Source: Paramecium tetraurelia
Lineage: Eukaryota
DNA: 64,000 nucleotides
NCBI GenBank assembly: GCA_000165425.1
Contig: CT868263.1
Coordinates: forward strand, 434,001-498,000
Direction: 5' to 3'
The notes under the pieces are model-generated. The model did not search any database. It saw only the letters and a program-made list of their open reading frames with translations, and had not been told where the DNA came from. How positions within the stretch are numbered: position 1 is the stretch's first letter; each line of letters opens with the position of its first letter. Positions 13,486 to 27,556 of this stretch are shown here, piece after piece. The translations under genes and the position numbers were made by a program.

Positions 13486-16400
13486 ATGGAAGAACAGTTG
13501 TTATAACCTGTTACTTATGGATCCGTGATCTATTTATCGACAGAGAGCAATCTGAATAGTTTCATGTTCAGCGATGGATTCATGGATAAGAGTGTGAAAC
13601 TTAAGAGCTTTGAATCCATTTGCTAAGTGGTAACTTATGATTACTTAAGTAGGATTATTATGATTTTTCTTTCAGCTTATTCATGGTACTTCCTTTTTCA
13701 AGCATTCAATCATTCGAGCATCAGGCCAATGTGATTCAGGAATGGAGAAAGAAATTGATTGATAATAATGAGAATAGTAATTATAGTTAAATATTTTAGA
13801 GCTGGAAAAAAGAAGAGAAGCAATCTAAGAGATGTGGAATAAATTAGAATCAGAATATTAATTCAATTTGGGTGTTATTCAGAAAAGTTATAATGCTTCT
13901 ATATGCTTTGCGAGTAGTAACTTCATGTTGTTGCACATAAACTCCCTCAAATTCCTCACTTTGTATCAGGATGACAACAACAATCTATTGTAACATATGA
14001 AGTAATCCTAATAGTCTTCAATTAACCGAGAATCCTGATGAGTGTTGTTTCTTCAACTTTGATCCCTCCTTGAAATTGCAAAGAGGTAGGTCTGACAATT
14101 TCGTATACGAGGATGAGATTGTATATATAGCATGTGCAAAAAAATACAGCGGCAAGTCCCCCTACTTGAGCATAATTTAAAATGACACTATTATTGGTTT
14201 GATAGATTCAAAAGAGAATTGGAAAGTCAATATCTACGAACAACCATTCAAAGAGTCCACCTACATGAGGGTTGGCTCCTGCGTTTGGATCTTAAGTTCC
14301 GAAATGCCTTTATTCTTCACCTGCTAAAGACCTGATGATCCCTATTATCAAATGTATATGACCTCCAAGAACCCCAATTTCGCCAAGGAGAAAAAAGGCA
14401 TCTTGTATGAGTGGCAGCAAAATGACAAAAAGGATTTGAAGGAACAATTCCTTAATTAGCCTCGAGAATTGTTATTGGATGGATTGCAAATTCTATTGAC
14501 CCTAATCAAAACACCTAAAATTGGGTAGTCGGATGAATTAAGTCCTTTTGGCTTATGGAAAATAGAATCCAATAATGTTAAGCTTGGAGGAGAGTTGAAA
14601 TGGGATCAGACTTACAGATTAAAGAACATCATTACAGGATGTTATTTGTCCGTCTAAGGGAGTCCCACCAATGCCAGATTAATGCCATATAATAGAGCGA
14701 ATACTAGTTCGAAAAATGCTGATTTTTCATGCACTGAATTTCGATTCGTGCCCATTGACAATCTAATTCAATATAAGGGAAAAACCAAGTCGATTTAGAA
14801 GATATCGAAGGATGCCTTTTTCATGATTCAACATGCAAAAACTGGATTGTGGGTGTCACTCAATTAAAATGAAGGCATTCAACAGCCCAATCTATTAGAT
14901 TATGTTAAGGATATCAATACCTATAGATTTAGAGAAGCCTCCCTACAGTAAGTTTGGGAGACCTATTGTATTACTGCAAGTTAGAAGCTATTAATAAAAT
15001 TCGCAGAATATCCTAAATCTGATATAGAGAGACAATAATTTGATTTTCTGTTTGAAAGAGTTAAGGAGATGATTCAATTTCTGAGTGAATTCTTAACAAA
15101 CAGTCAGGTTGCCAATATGAGTTTAGATCAAGAGCCATTATAAGTGTGTAGAGGAAGATAGGATAGATTCAAAGAATAGTACTCCTTGGGTTTGCTTTGT
15201 TGGTTGCTGATTGAGATATTCCCGACATTGGATGAATTTGAACTTTATCAGATCAATCCAGATGATGGATCCAAATGGACTCTTAAAAGAAGGAAAGGCC
15301 ATTCTAAGATATGTATAATCATATAATATTTCAATAGAAAACACATCCATCAAACAGGAAACAGAAATCATCAAGAAAAGATATGAAATATGTTAGTTAG
15401 GATATCAATTGTTAAGTATTGCTGCAACCAGGAATTAGGATAACTAGCAATTCATTCTTAAATTCCTAACCAATTTGAGTAACCATATAGGATTTGGTTC
15501 ATTTGTGACTTAATCATTAAAACAATGTTTCAGGGACAACAAAGAAATCCTGGAAGATTTGCATCGTCAAAAGATCAATGAAGTTGCACAGAGCTAATAT
15601 CAAGACATCTTTCAAGCCATGGCTCATCGACTGAAACAATTTGAACCTTATTACAAGGTGGAAATCTTGGAATTGCTGTCGGCATTCACATCTCAAGAAC
15701 ATTAATCAATATACATAAACTAGGAGAAGATCTTTTAGGCTATTGTTGAAAATAAGAATTTCCTCTTTGGCCATCTAATGAGAATTGATTACTTAGACAA
15801 CAATCTTCTGGTTGAGTACAGAGTTTTTGTTGAACGGGAATATGAGAGCAAATAACTGTAAATTCAGGAGTTCTTCTTAAAACCTCAAGAATAATAACAA
15901 AGACAGATTTTCGATAACAAATTTATCGATTTTAGAATTTAACAATATTTTCTAGAACAACTAAGATTATATGGAAAGCTATGTCAAAATAGAAATTATG
16001 CATGTGTTAAGAATCTTTAGGAGTTATTGCCAAGAAAGGCCTTGTTGTATTATTTGGGAACTTCAATAGATGATGAAATTAAGGCCATTTTATGTTAGTT
16101 AATATTAAATCTGTACATTGATCAAGAGCCAAGGAGTATCATAAACAAGCCAAGTTTCGTGAGAGTGTTGAATACCTCTAATTACAGTGGGAAGGATGAC
16201 ATTACCGATAGATTTATAGAAATCAATCTTACAAATGACATTCAAGGAACCTATTAGATCAGAAAATGGTTATTAGAGTATTTGAGGGCCAAAATTGAAT
16301 ATTTGGATGATCCTAATGTCAATGAAGATAAAACAACAAGCATTTACAATGAATTAACATATGAAGTAATTAGATGTTTAAGTTTGATGGTCAAATTTGG

Positions 16401-19400
16401 ATTGTTTTCTAAACATGCAAATTAGTTGCTGTAAACTACATTGAAATTGAATAATCAAAATATAGATTTGAATAATTTGTTTAACGATTTGAAGAATTTA
16501 GTTTGTTATTTAGCAAAACTATTGGAGTACGATCACAATTACTTTTAGGAATTGAAGGTAAATCAAATTAAAAGATCATATATGGAAGAGAAGGAAGATT
16601 TGAAATACATGATAAATTTAAATATTTTTCAGAAGGCTAAAGTCGAGGAAGAGGAAGAAGAACAAGGAACTTTGCACAAAGAATAAGACCTTTCGTAGTC
16701 CTTCCCATTTTTGAAGAGATACACAAGTTTATTCAAATTAATCAAATACTTTACTACAAAAACATGTAAATTTTAGAAGCAAAGCAAATTCTTTATCTTG
16801 ATTAAAAAAGAAATATGTGGCATTTTCCAAACTCTTTTAGAATGGCGAGAAGATATTCAAATTGGAAAAGCAATCAATTGGTTTCAGAAGAAGTAAAGTG
16901 ATTACTCAAACATAGAGGATGAAGAAATAGCGAATGAAATTATGCCCAGTTTTAGTATTGAACCTGGCAAATACAATAAGGATGATGAAGAGGATAACAT
17001 CCATCAAGAAGAAGAAATACAAGACTTTGATCACATTCTTGAAAGACCCTTTGTTGAAGTCCTGATTTTGGCATTCTATTTTGCCTAGGATCCCGATTTA
17101 CAGAATTCAGTTGTCAATTTGCTTTACAAAAGATTTACATAAAGGAAGAAGCTGTTGTTAAATTTAAAAAAGGTGTCGCTTGTTTAGCCTGATAACAATT
17201 CCTATAAGCTCTTATCTACATTAGTGAATGATATTAAGAATCAGATCAGTTACAGTCAGTCTTGGTTATAAATAATAGAATCTAATGTGTATGATGAGAA
17301 GGCAGAAGAAGCCTTGAATTAGACTGTTGAAAAGTTTAATTCAATATTGAAGGAATTTGAACAAAAGTGCGATGCTGAATAATTTAATATCAAATAGAAA
17401 ATATTTAAACACTTGGGAGGACATAAGTTAATATTGAAGTTTTTAGAATCAGGGATCAGAGTCATCTACTCCAAAATCAAGTACTTCCACATATCCGCAG
17501 AAGAGGAGAAGGAGTTGGCTAACTTTGCCATTACTCCCGGGTTGAATAGGATTAAAAATTTACCTCCCTTAAGTTTGGAATAGAAGAAGCCTGAACCTGC
17601 AGCTATTGAGAATTCAGATCAATATTCATACAGAAAATAATTCATTCAGTATGTTATTAAGGTTTTTACAACTTCTCATTAAATTTTAAGTAAATTTGCA
17701 GAGGGGAATAAAAGTAATCAAAATTCAATTTACAAGATCTACGTAACATTGCTAGATAAGCCTGTTAGAATTAATATTGGGTAGGTAGCTTTCCTCAAAT
17801 CCCTTTATACTAATAATGTAGATTTGTGTTTAAAACCCTAAGATTAATGCTTTGATTATGTTTAGCATTTAATAAATGATCATGGTCATCAATATGAATT
17901 CTTGGAAGTGATGCTTGTGTTTTTAAAGGCATCGAAGGAGACAGATTCATAAAAAATATAAGTAGCCATAATGTCCAAGATTCTATCAAATTACAATTAT
18001 TTTGATCCAACTAAATAAATCATCCCAAAAAGGGATTTGCCACTGTTTTATGAAGACAAACGCCAAGAAGAAAGACAACTGATGTTTAGGAAGAAATTTA
18101 TCTAATTGGTTAGCGGATGCATTGAAAGTGAAATAAGTGTTAACTTTATTGTTTAACTCCAAGAGAATCTTTCAGTTAGATAATTGTTATAAATGCTATT
18201 GTATGACACGAAATCTCCAACTGGGTCTTTGGAAATGAAGGAACAAATATTTTCGATATTGAAGATCTATTTTGAAAAAATAGACAAGGCCTTACATGAA
18301 TTCTAAAGTTGCTGTGCTGAGTTTACTAAATTGTTACAAACTGTATCATAAAAGATGCAATAGCCCAGGATTTCAAAGGAAGATCAGTCCTTCATCGCAT
18401 TACAGATAGTTAAATTGGTTAATGTGTATTTTATGAACTTTCTTAAAGATATTGGAATGATTTCATTAAAAATGTTAGCCTAAGACTAAAGTATTCAAAA
18501 GGAGAAATTCATATTTTAATTTGCTTAGTAATTGGTTACTGCTTTGCCTAAATTTGATAAATTACCTGCATACAAGGCAGGATTCATGGAATTATCCAAT
18601 AATTTTAGTCTGCATCTATCTGATGATTATTTCTCATAATTTGAGAATAATCATTAGGAAATTTAAATTAATAATAATCAACCAACATAGTTAATTTAAT
18701 AATAAGATTCCGAATAATTTGATAAGTCATCTTCTTATGAATCTTGGAATGCGTTTGTCAAAAAAATATTAAAAAGTTCATCAATCAAGAAAGCAGTATT
18801 GAGTGAAAGAATGAAATTCAAAGAGGTCATCTTAAATGTTTAAGACATATTTGAAAAGCCTAAGGAGACTATGGATATTAGACTTAAGGATCTCATCATA
18901 TCAAGGGATGACATAATTGTTAAGCTGTTAAATTACATAGAACATTGGAAAGTCAGGAATGCCAGCAGACACACTGTAATTTTCATAATAAAATCGATAA
19001 GAGCATTGTTGTAGATAAAGAATGAGAAATAACTAATAAAGATGTAAATTCATTTGGATTCACTTAAAGCAACGCAAATAGCTTTAAGACTCTATTGGAG
19101 TGATAAGGTAACTGAGGATCTATATATTTATCAATTAATCAAGTGGATTATTTCTTTGTTAGAAGGTGGGAACAAAGTAATTTAGATGAGCATTTTAAAT
19201 TTGATGAAAATGAACTCAGATAGCGAAGCCTTTTTCTTAAAGATATACACAATCCTAACAGAATATATGACTTCAATGAGAAAAATGAGAAAGAAGGACG
19301 ATCAGAAGAAAATTAGAAAGAGGAAATTCATCGCAAAGACATTGTAGGTGATACAATTGTTATGTGAGGGTCATAATAATGATCTTTAAAACTATCTTAG

Positions 19401-21826
19401 ACAACAAGCTAATTCAAAAGTGTCATATGATATAGTGTCATTAATGGTTAAATTGGTTATTTCAAATAGAATATCTGATGCAACATATGAATCTCTAGTG
19501 TAGTGTTTAGACACTTTAACTGAAGTAGTTTAAGGTCCTTGCAAAGAAAATTAAGTTGTTATTGTAACTAGTAAATTTGTTTCTTGGAGTGTGGATTTGT
19601 TAAAGGAAGATCCCAAATTATTTGAATATAATAAGATAGATATTCAATAGGTTAAATTAAAAAGATTGAAATTTAAGTGTACTAACACTTTGCTTAGTTT
19701 AATGGAGCTTTAGGAGGAAAATGATGAAATTATGAATCTTTTAATTCGAAGCATCCCGATCACTATTTTAGTTAATGAATTAGCTAAGTTTTATTTGTTA
19801 TACACTTCATTCTATAAGAAAGAATATGTGGTTGAGTGTTTTAAAACATACCTGGATGAGGGGGATGATTACGAATTGAAGAAAAAGAATGAATGTATTA
19901 TCGAGTACGGATTCAACTTGTTCATCATAATCAATATTTTAATGTTGAAGAATAAAAAGTCTTAAGAGGCGGATCTGGAAGAAATTCGTAAATTAATTGA
20001 CGAGTATTAATTTGTCAACAAAAAATCTAATTAGGGGTTAGAAGGACTATTAGATCTTAAAATAAATATAGATCTGAATATCAAAATCAATCTGCCTTCT
20101 TTTGGTTAAGTGGAGGATGAGGAATCAAATGAATTGAAGAAGGCATAGGAGATGAAAAAGGCTTAAAAAGACGCATACAAGTTCTTCTCAGAAAATACAG
20201 TCTTTATAGAGATAGCAAGGGATGATTAACTCCATAGGATTTACTTCCCTTTATTGCCGTAATGTAAAATGTTATCCAAGGAATCCAGAAAGGATTTCTG
20301 TGAATAGGTTGATCATTCATCAATTCGAGACAAATTAGTGTATTTGATGACTTCTGCCGATCAGATGAGAAAAGTAATGGAACATGAGGAATTATTAAGA
20401 AATTTATTCAAGAGATTGAAAGTTGTAGAGCTGATTGCTACTCATAAATTATTATGGGAATAATTAGCATTTGTTACAAATGTTATTATTAATTTAGTGA
20501 TTTTATGCTCTTATGGTAATTATGCATATACAGATGAGCTTCCAACACCCTTCCCAGTGAGTTTTAATGGTATTAAATTTTCACTAGAATGGGTTCTGTA
20601 AAATCAGCTATACTATGATTCCACTCAACCTGATTCTGACTTGTTGTGGGATGCAAGATTAAATTAACCTCGTCTATTTTATGTATCTGACTTTACTTGG
20701 ACTAACACTCTCATAGTAATTTTAGGATATCTCAATTTGGGATTCTCTTTGTTAGTCATTACGTTTTTTGCAATAAAGAAGGCTCCACTTTTGATTACTG
20801 ACATGTGGGTTGAATTTCTTGGCAAACCTATGGGGTGCATAGAGAGAACTATCATGAGTTTTGTTATGATAGTTAGATCATTTATTAATTGTTTAGTTGA
20901 CTTTGATTTTGCTTACTTTTGTGGATATATGGCATGCATTGTTGTTGGATTAGTTATCCATCCCTTTGCATTTGTATTGTTATTGGCTGACTTTCTGAGA
21001 ATATCAACATTGAAAATTGTGATAAAAGCAATTTGGATCAGTAAAATTTAGATGGGGTTATCGTTTTTGGTGTTCTTGTTGGTTGAGTATTATTTTGCAG
21101 TTATTGGCTATTTATTCTTTTGGGATCAATATCAAAATCAATCCTGTTAAATTATGTGGAGGTGTTTCTTGTAGACATTTGATTAAACATTCAAAAATGG
21201 AGGAGCCATCGGAGATTATTTAGCTGATACACAACTGTAAGATCCAACGGGATCTTAATTGCCTATTAATTATTCATTAACTCCATATCAATAGGATAGA
21301 TTTATCTATAGATTTGTTTTTGATGTTCTCTTCAAATTTATCTTAGTGTTCTTGATCATCAATATGGTTGCTGGTATTATCATTGATACTTTTGGTGCCT
21401 TGAAGGATGAGATGCTTGAAAAACAATCAAATCTAGAAGACTATTGCTTTATCTGTGGAATTCAGAGTGAGAAATTGGATAAGAGTACTCAATATGGGCA
21501 TTATTCACACATCAAGAAGAATCATCATATGTGGAATTACGTTTACTATAAAGTTTACCTATTTTTCAAACCTAAAAATGATTTATCAGGAAATGAAACC
21601 TATGTCAAAAGACTTATGATTAATAATGAAATTGATTGGTTCCCAGTAAAAAAGGCAATTGGGTTTACAGACGAGGACGAGGAAGACGAAGAGTAAAATG
21701 AGGACAATCTGTAGATAATTGAAGAAACCTACCAAGAGGTATTTATTTCAGTAATTATTTTACTAGGTCTAAGAACTTGAATAATTGGCTCTATCCACAA
21801 ATCAGAAATTAAAAATATTCATTTGA
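13486..21826 (+). CDS. IP3 receptor/ryanodine receptor-type Ca2+ release channel (~2,740 aa)
   Basis: N-terminus VTYGSVIYL...FSDGF; RIH-associated LQVIQLLCEGHNNDLQNYLRQQ and TLTEVVQGPCKENQ; TM region with pore GGAIGD; IIIDTFGALKD, CFICGI and HIKKNHHMWNY. The final intron is 21739-21766. Confidence 0.93.
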
Positions 21827-21941
21827 AATAATCAGATTATAAGTATTTGATTTTTCTATTTCCAATCTAAATATATATTCTATATAATAAAAATTCACTT
21901 GGAAAAGGTATTCGGTTCATTTATTTTATATTGTTTTTTTA

Positions 21942-23223
21942 ATGACTGATATTGAAGATTTTTCTGACAATAGAGTTTCATCTTATCAGCGATTGTAACC
22001 AGAGAGATAGAAAAACACACTGCCTAGGTGGAGAATGTGGCTACATCAAATGGATATATTTTCAGTTATCCCTACTCCTAAAACATATCCTGTGAGTACT
22101 AGAAGAAGTATAATTGGAACTTGCCTATTTATCTTTGTATTTGCTACTTACGTGATATCTAGCTTTGTGTGTAAATATTTAATCAATTTAGTTTTCGTAA
22201 TTGACAATGTGCCAAGATTGAATGAATTTTCGTAATTGGATGATTCTGTCTCCTTAACTGTCGGCCCTGAAATCGCCATGCAATTTCTGTACGGCAAGGA
22301 TGTCTTGAATGAGTCCATCACTAATACTAGCATATTTAGCATCACAATGCAGCAGGTTATTAAATATTTGGATCCAGCAAAATAAGATAATTCTTCAACC
22401 TAAATACCTCTAAAGATTTGTTACAGCAACGATATTGATTGGATGCCTTAGAATGCTTCCAAATAAGCCTTTCTGTGTCCTCAAGTTCAACTTAATTTAT
22501 CGGGTCAATTATATAGATCAGAAGAATTCATCTATCCAAGAATACAGATAGATTACTGTCCATATAAGCATCCGGAGAAGAAGTTGCAATGCGAAACTGA
22601 ATAATAGATTAGAAAAGTAGAACTAACAGTTAATTAACATAGGTTGTTGCGGGAGGAAGATTGTTCCTCTATATCAAGAATCAAGCACCAGAAGTCAATT
22701 TTGTAGGGAAGAAGACTGAAGGCTTAAAATATCAGGTTTTTCAATACTTTTTAGTGCCTGGACTCTACAATAGAGCTGAGATTGTTTTATAGAAACAACT
22801 AGTATCAAGGACTGGCGATTACTTGACTTAATTTTCAACTAAGCATGATGATTATCTCTTAGTTAATAGATAATATTTGTATGTTACTAATGTAACCTAA
22901 AATGATGATGGTCGGGCAGACACTGACAGCTTATCGATTTATAAAGGGTATTAGATATTTTTACGATTGGATCAAGAAGTGAGAATTATATAGGTTGTCA
23001 AAGATACTATTATTGATGTAATTGCCTAATGGGGAGCATTTTATGGAGTTTTAGTTGGTGCTTTTGCACTTTACTTCCTAAAATATAATTAAAACCAATT
23101 TTATAAAAAGAATAAATAATGGTAATTAATTTATCTAGTCCTAGGGCTAATTTTGACTAAAATGAAGCCTTGTTTGAAAGTAAGCAATTAAATGAAACAG
23201 AAGGAAAATCCCCCATAGATTGA
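21942..23223 (+). CDS. Two-TM protein with a large luminal/extracellular loop (ciliate-expanded family)
   Basis: LHQMDIFS...STRRSIIGTCLFIFVFATYV (TM1), a Cys-containing loop, DTIIDVIAQWGAFYGVLVGAFALYFL (TM2); three micro-introns. Confidence 0.7.
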
Positions 23224-23317
23224 CAAAATTGCAAATCTGATTTTTTTATTTATTAAAATGAACACATTAAGGTTCAGAGAATTAATTAATTTATACATTA
23301 TCTGTAATAATAAGTAT

Positions 23318-24049
23318 TCATATTCTTTTGAGCCACTTCTTCTAATCGTTTTCTTTTTTCTGTTAGGTTTAAGTTACTTTATTTTTTTTATCAGCTTCAT
23401 CAATAACGATCTGAAAATTCTAGATAGATAATATACTTGATTATTTCCTTTTAAAATGTTTGCCTCCTACTTCAATGCATATATATTTGTTAGTAATTTG
23501 GCTCTTTTGAAATATTCGTCATAGTTTTCCATAAATAGTTTTCCGGCTTCTTCATTTAAGGAACTTTCTGGAAAGGGAACAATTAACAAACACTTAATAA
23601 CTTCAAAGATGTTTTTTAATGACCATTAAAGAGGATTCCAATCTTTCTTCAAAGTATTGACACATATCTCTCCCTTTTCTGACACATTGGGATGGAAGAT
23701 TTTGGTGTTAAATAAGCCTAACTTAAATAGATGGTCTACCTTTGGGTGCCATTTAGGGGAATTGGGGTGGCAAAATCAATTTGCATCTAAAAACACCTCC
23801 TTGGAATGGAGTGTCAACTAAAATTAAGATGATGTATTTACCTGGACCATCAATATCTGCTTAAATATCAAAAACATCTTATTCATTGAAAATTACATGG
23901 ACTCCTGAGGGGGGAATAAGAAATAAATTTACCATCAATTGGTTATTTGATGATCATTTGCAATTGCTTAGCAATGACTGGAGCTAATTGAGGATTAATT
24001 TATGGCTCTTGATTCTACATTGTTTATAGGGATGAAATAGGCTTACCAT
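23318..24049 (-). CDS. UBE2S: Ubiquitin-conjugating enzyme E2 S
   Basis: [56 protein letters not shown] and the basic C-terminus KKWLKRI*. The first coding exon appears to be just ATG. Confidence 0.9.
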
Positions 24050-24234
24050 TTTCACTAGTGGCTTGGTTGACTTTATGAAAAATTTATTTAAATTATTTAT
24101 GCTTAATCGTTAACAAAAGAGTTTTTAAGTATATATGAAATTCGTATTAATATCGTTTTTCATTATTTTTAAGATATTCCCAATAATCTTGTTAGATAGT
24201 TAATATTGGTATTGAATTTAAATGATTTATATAC

Positions 24235-25681
24235 TCATAGTTGTTACAGATTGAAGATCGATTTTCGAATGGCTTTTCCTTTGTGTTAGAGAGGTGTAAC
24301 AGGAGTGATAGGAGAATTTGGAGTATTATCATCAGTACGAGTCAAACTATGGGGACTGAGGTTGTTGAATGAATTTTTGGGACTTAAGAAATTAGAAGTG
24401 GGAATAGGAGAACCATCAAGATGTGGTAATCTCTTTACATTGCTCTGTCTTCGAATTTTAAATTGGCATGTCTTGGCTAGCTTTTCCTATACAAACCATT
24501 GATGATTGAGTGCATCTGAAGCACTCAACCTTTTGACAGGATTCTTGTTCATGAGTCCGAGCAAGAGACTCATGCCATGCTCACTTAATTTGCAATCTTC
24601 GAATTTAACTTTTGCATAGTAATTCCTCATTACTACATCATCATAGTCTTTGCCTTCGAAGGGCGACTTGCCAGCGATAAGAATGAACATCAAAATTCCT
24701 ATGCTGTATACGTCTACTTTGTAATCATAGATTTTATCCTACAATAATTCTGGAGCGACATAACCTGGAGTGCCGCATCTTGTAAATAAGTATTTGCCAC
24801 TTGGATTGTAATGATCAGCCAATCCAAAATCGCAGATGCAGATGTCTTCTATGTCGTCTTTTTTTCTTAACATGATATTTTCAGGCTTAATATCTCGGTG
24901 TAATATTCCTTATTCGTGAATAAATTGGCAAGTTTTTAATAATTTGTAAATTAATTTCGAACATTTTTCTTCGGAAAAGGGTGGAGACTTCTTCATGTAC
25001 TTGTGCAGCTCTCCGCCCTTCAAATACTCAAGAACTAAGTACAAGTATTCTTCTCCTTCGAAGACTTCGTACATTTTTATTACTGACTCATTTTAAAGTT
25101 TTCTCATGATAGAAGTTTCTTTAATAATCGATAATTTATCGACCTCTTCCTTTAGATCGGATTTCCTGAAGCATTTGATAGCGTACTCGTGTCCATCAGT
25201 CTTACACACAGCCTTGAAAACCTGAGAATGAAATAATGAAGTACTTCAGCGAAATTCCCCTGACCAATTTTTTTAAGTAATGAGTATCTTTGAGAGAAGC
25301 CTCTCTAAATGCAATACTTTTTGAGGTAGTTGTACCAGGGTTCAACATCACCGTACATTTCAAAGCTTTGCTTGTTCTTTAGAAATCTAATCCCTTGGCC
25401 AGCTACTGGGCTTTTGATTAGCTCCATGGTAACGTTGATCAAATTCATCCACTTGCGTACTTCCTAAAATGGTGTTACTCTTTCGATAATACTTATTCCT
25501 TAAAAAGTAGCAGATAATGGGACATAATCCCAACTTTACGTTTCACGAGTTCTCGTTCCTCGTGAATCAACATGTTGTCTTGCAATTCGGTTTGGATGAC
25601 TTTGGCAGGGAACTGAGTTTAGGTCCAGAAGGACTTTTCCTCAGAGTCATCAAAGAAGGAATCTTTAATAGTGTAGTCCAT
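24235..25681 (-). CDS. Ser/Thr protein kinase, CAMK-like, with a PH-like N-terminal region
   Basis: [45 protein letters not shown]-rich tail. Confidence 0.92.
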
Positions 25682-25729
25682 AAATGTATAAATAATCGAT
25701 ATAACAATCTAATTAAAATTATATCAGAC

Positions 25730-27514
25730 ATGAAATTCGCTTAAGTTACTGCAAATTCTTTTTAGTCGAGTAAAATAGTGAAGTTCGAACATTATAGTTA
25801 CAGTGTCAATGATCAGATCGGATCAGGCTTCAGTAGTCAAGTGTTCAAAGGCAGAAATGAGAATACAAATGAGACCGTTGCGATTAAAGTATAAATATTA
25901 TTTGAACTATCAGATTATTGATAGAAGTAAAATAACAAATGAGGTCGAGGAGTTCCTCTTGAATCAAGAAATCAAAGCCTTGTCATTGATGAATTCAGAA
26001 AATGTAATTAAAATGTACGATTACTATCACAAACCACAATGCACTTATATCATAACTGAGTATTGCAATTAAGGTACGCAATGAATCCATGATGGTAGGC
26101 AATGTGGGAGAACTAATTAAACGAAAGCAGAGAATCGACGAAATAGAGGCAATTAAAATAATGAAGCACATCGTCAATGGATTTAAGGAGTAGGTTGCTA
26201 AAGGAGTAATTCACAGAGATCTAAAACCAATAAATATTTTAATACGAAACGGAATTCCCAAAATAGCAGATTACGGATTTTCGAAGATGATGAATGCACC
26301 TCCAGAAACAATCTACTACAATGTAGGTACAGCATTATACATGTCTCCACAAACTATGATTAAAAATATTTATTCTGAAAAAACTGACATCTGGAGTTTG
26401 GGAGTCATATTCTATGAGATGTTGTATGGATAAGTGCCATTTTCAGCTTAGAGTGAAAAAGACCTAGCTTAAGTGATATTAAAAACATAGCCTTAATTTC
26501 CTCCAAATATTCCAGTATCAAAAGAAACGATAGAATTCATTTTAAAGTGCCTCTCAATTGATGAATCTAAAAGGTTCTCAAGCAGTGATTTGGAACACCA
26601 TCCCATCTTCTACCGCAGACACACTATGACTGCCCCTCGACCCATAGCTGATAGAAATCCTTCTGTTAAAAACCGAGAACATTATTCTCCTCAAAGAACC
26701 ACAGAATACAATCACAATCGCATTAATTTTATAGCCTAAACTGCCATGCCTCAATCTGCATTAAAAAGCAGAGAGAGTGTGAGACACTTGACTTAGAATG
26801 ATGAAGTCATACAAGCATAATTCTAATTCATTGAATTGATGTTTAGAATATTAAGAATACTTGATAAATAAGTAGTACTCAATTAGGAGTTGTAGATCAA
26901 ATTAAAGTTCTTGATTATCAAAAACATGTTCTTTAAAACCATTTTATTGAGAGAAGTTGTTGAAAAAAAGAAGAATGTTCTGCAGTTATATGAATTCGAT
27001 ATTTACATTGAGACAGTTGGAAAATACTAGACCCAAGTTCATGAACTCTATCAAATTGCCAAAGAGTATCACGATAAATAAGTAACACTCCTTATTATCT
27101 TAGTATTAAATGATCGAAAGTAATCACACACTCAAGCAATCTGTGTTGAGGGATCGGAGTTTTCAAAAAATATACGAAAACTACAAGTCAGTAACTGAGA
27201 GCTATGAATTTTATTTACTTTTCAGTACTTTACTCTAGAGATGCATAAGGGATTTATACAACAAATGCAATTCTAGATTGGCTGGAGCGAATGATTCACA
27301 ATAATTGCAATTGCAAGATGAGACCATGGTTTATGTATTGGAATAGTTGACATTCTACTACAGTCTGTTAAGGTTGATAATAGAGAATAATAACAACATT
27401 TAAATATTTACTAAAAAGGCCTAGATCAGTAGAATTCTGTAGGCCTCTCCAGAACAAATTACTAAAAGCAACTTGATGAGCATTAGACAATCGATACAGG
27501 AAATGAAAATATGA
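25730..27514 (+). CDS. Ser/Thr protein kinase (ULK/CAMK-like ciliate-expanded type) with a helical C-terminal region
   Basis: IGSGFSSQVFKG, VAIK, HRDLKPINIL, DYGFSK, VGTALYMSPQ, DIWSLG. Confidence 0.9.
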
Positions 27515-27556
27515 AAAGAATAACTATTTATAAATAAATTATATAAAAGATTTAAA

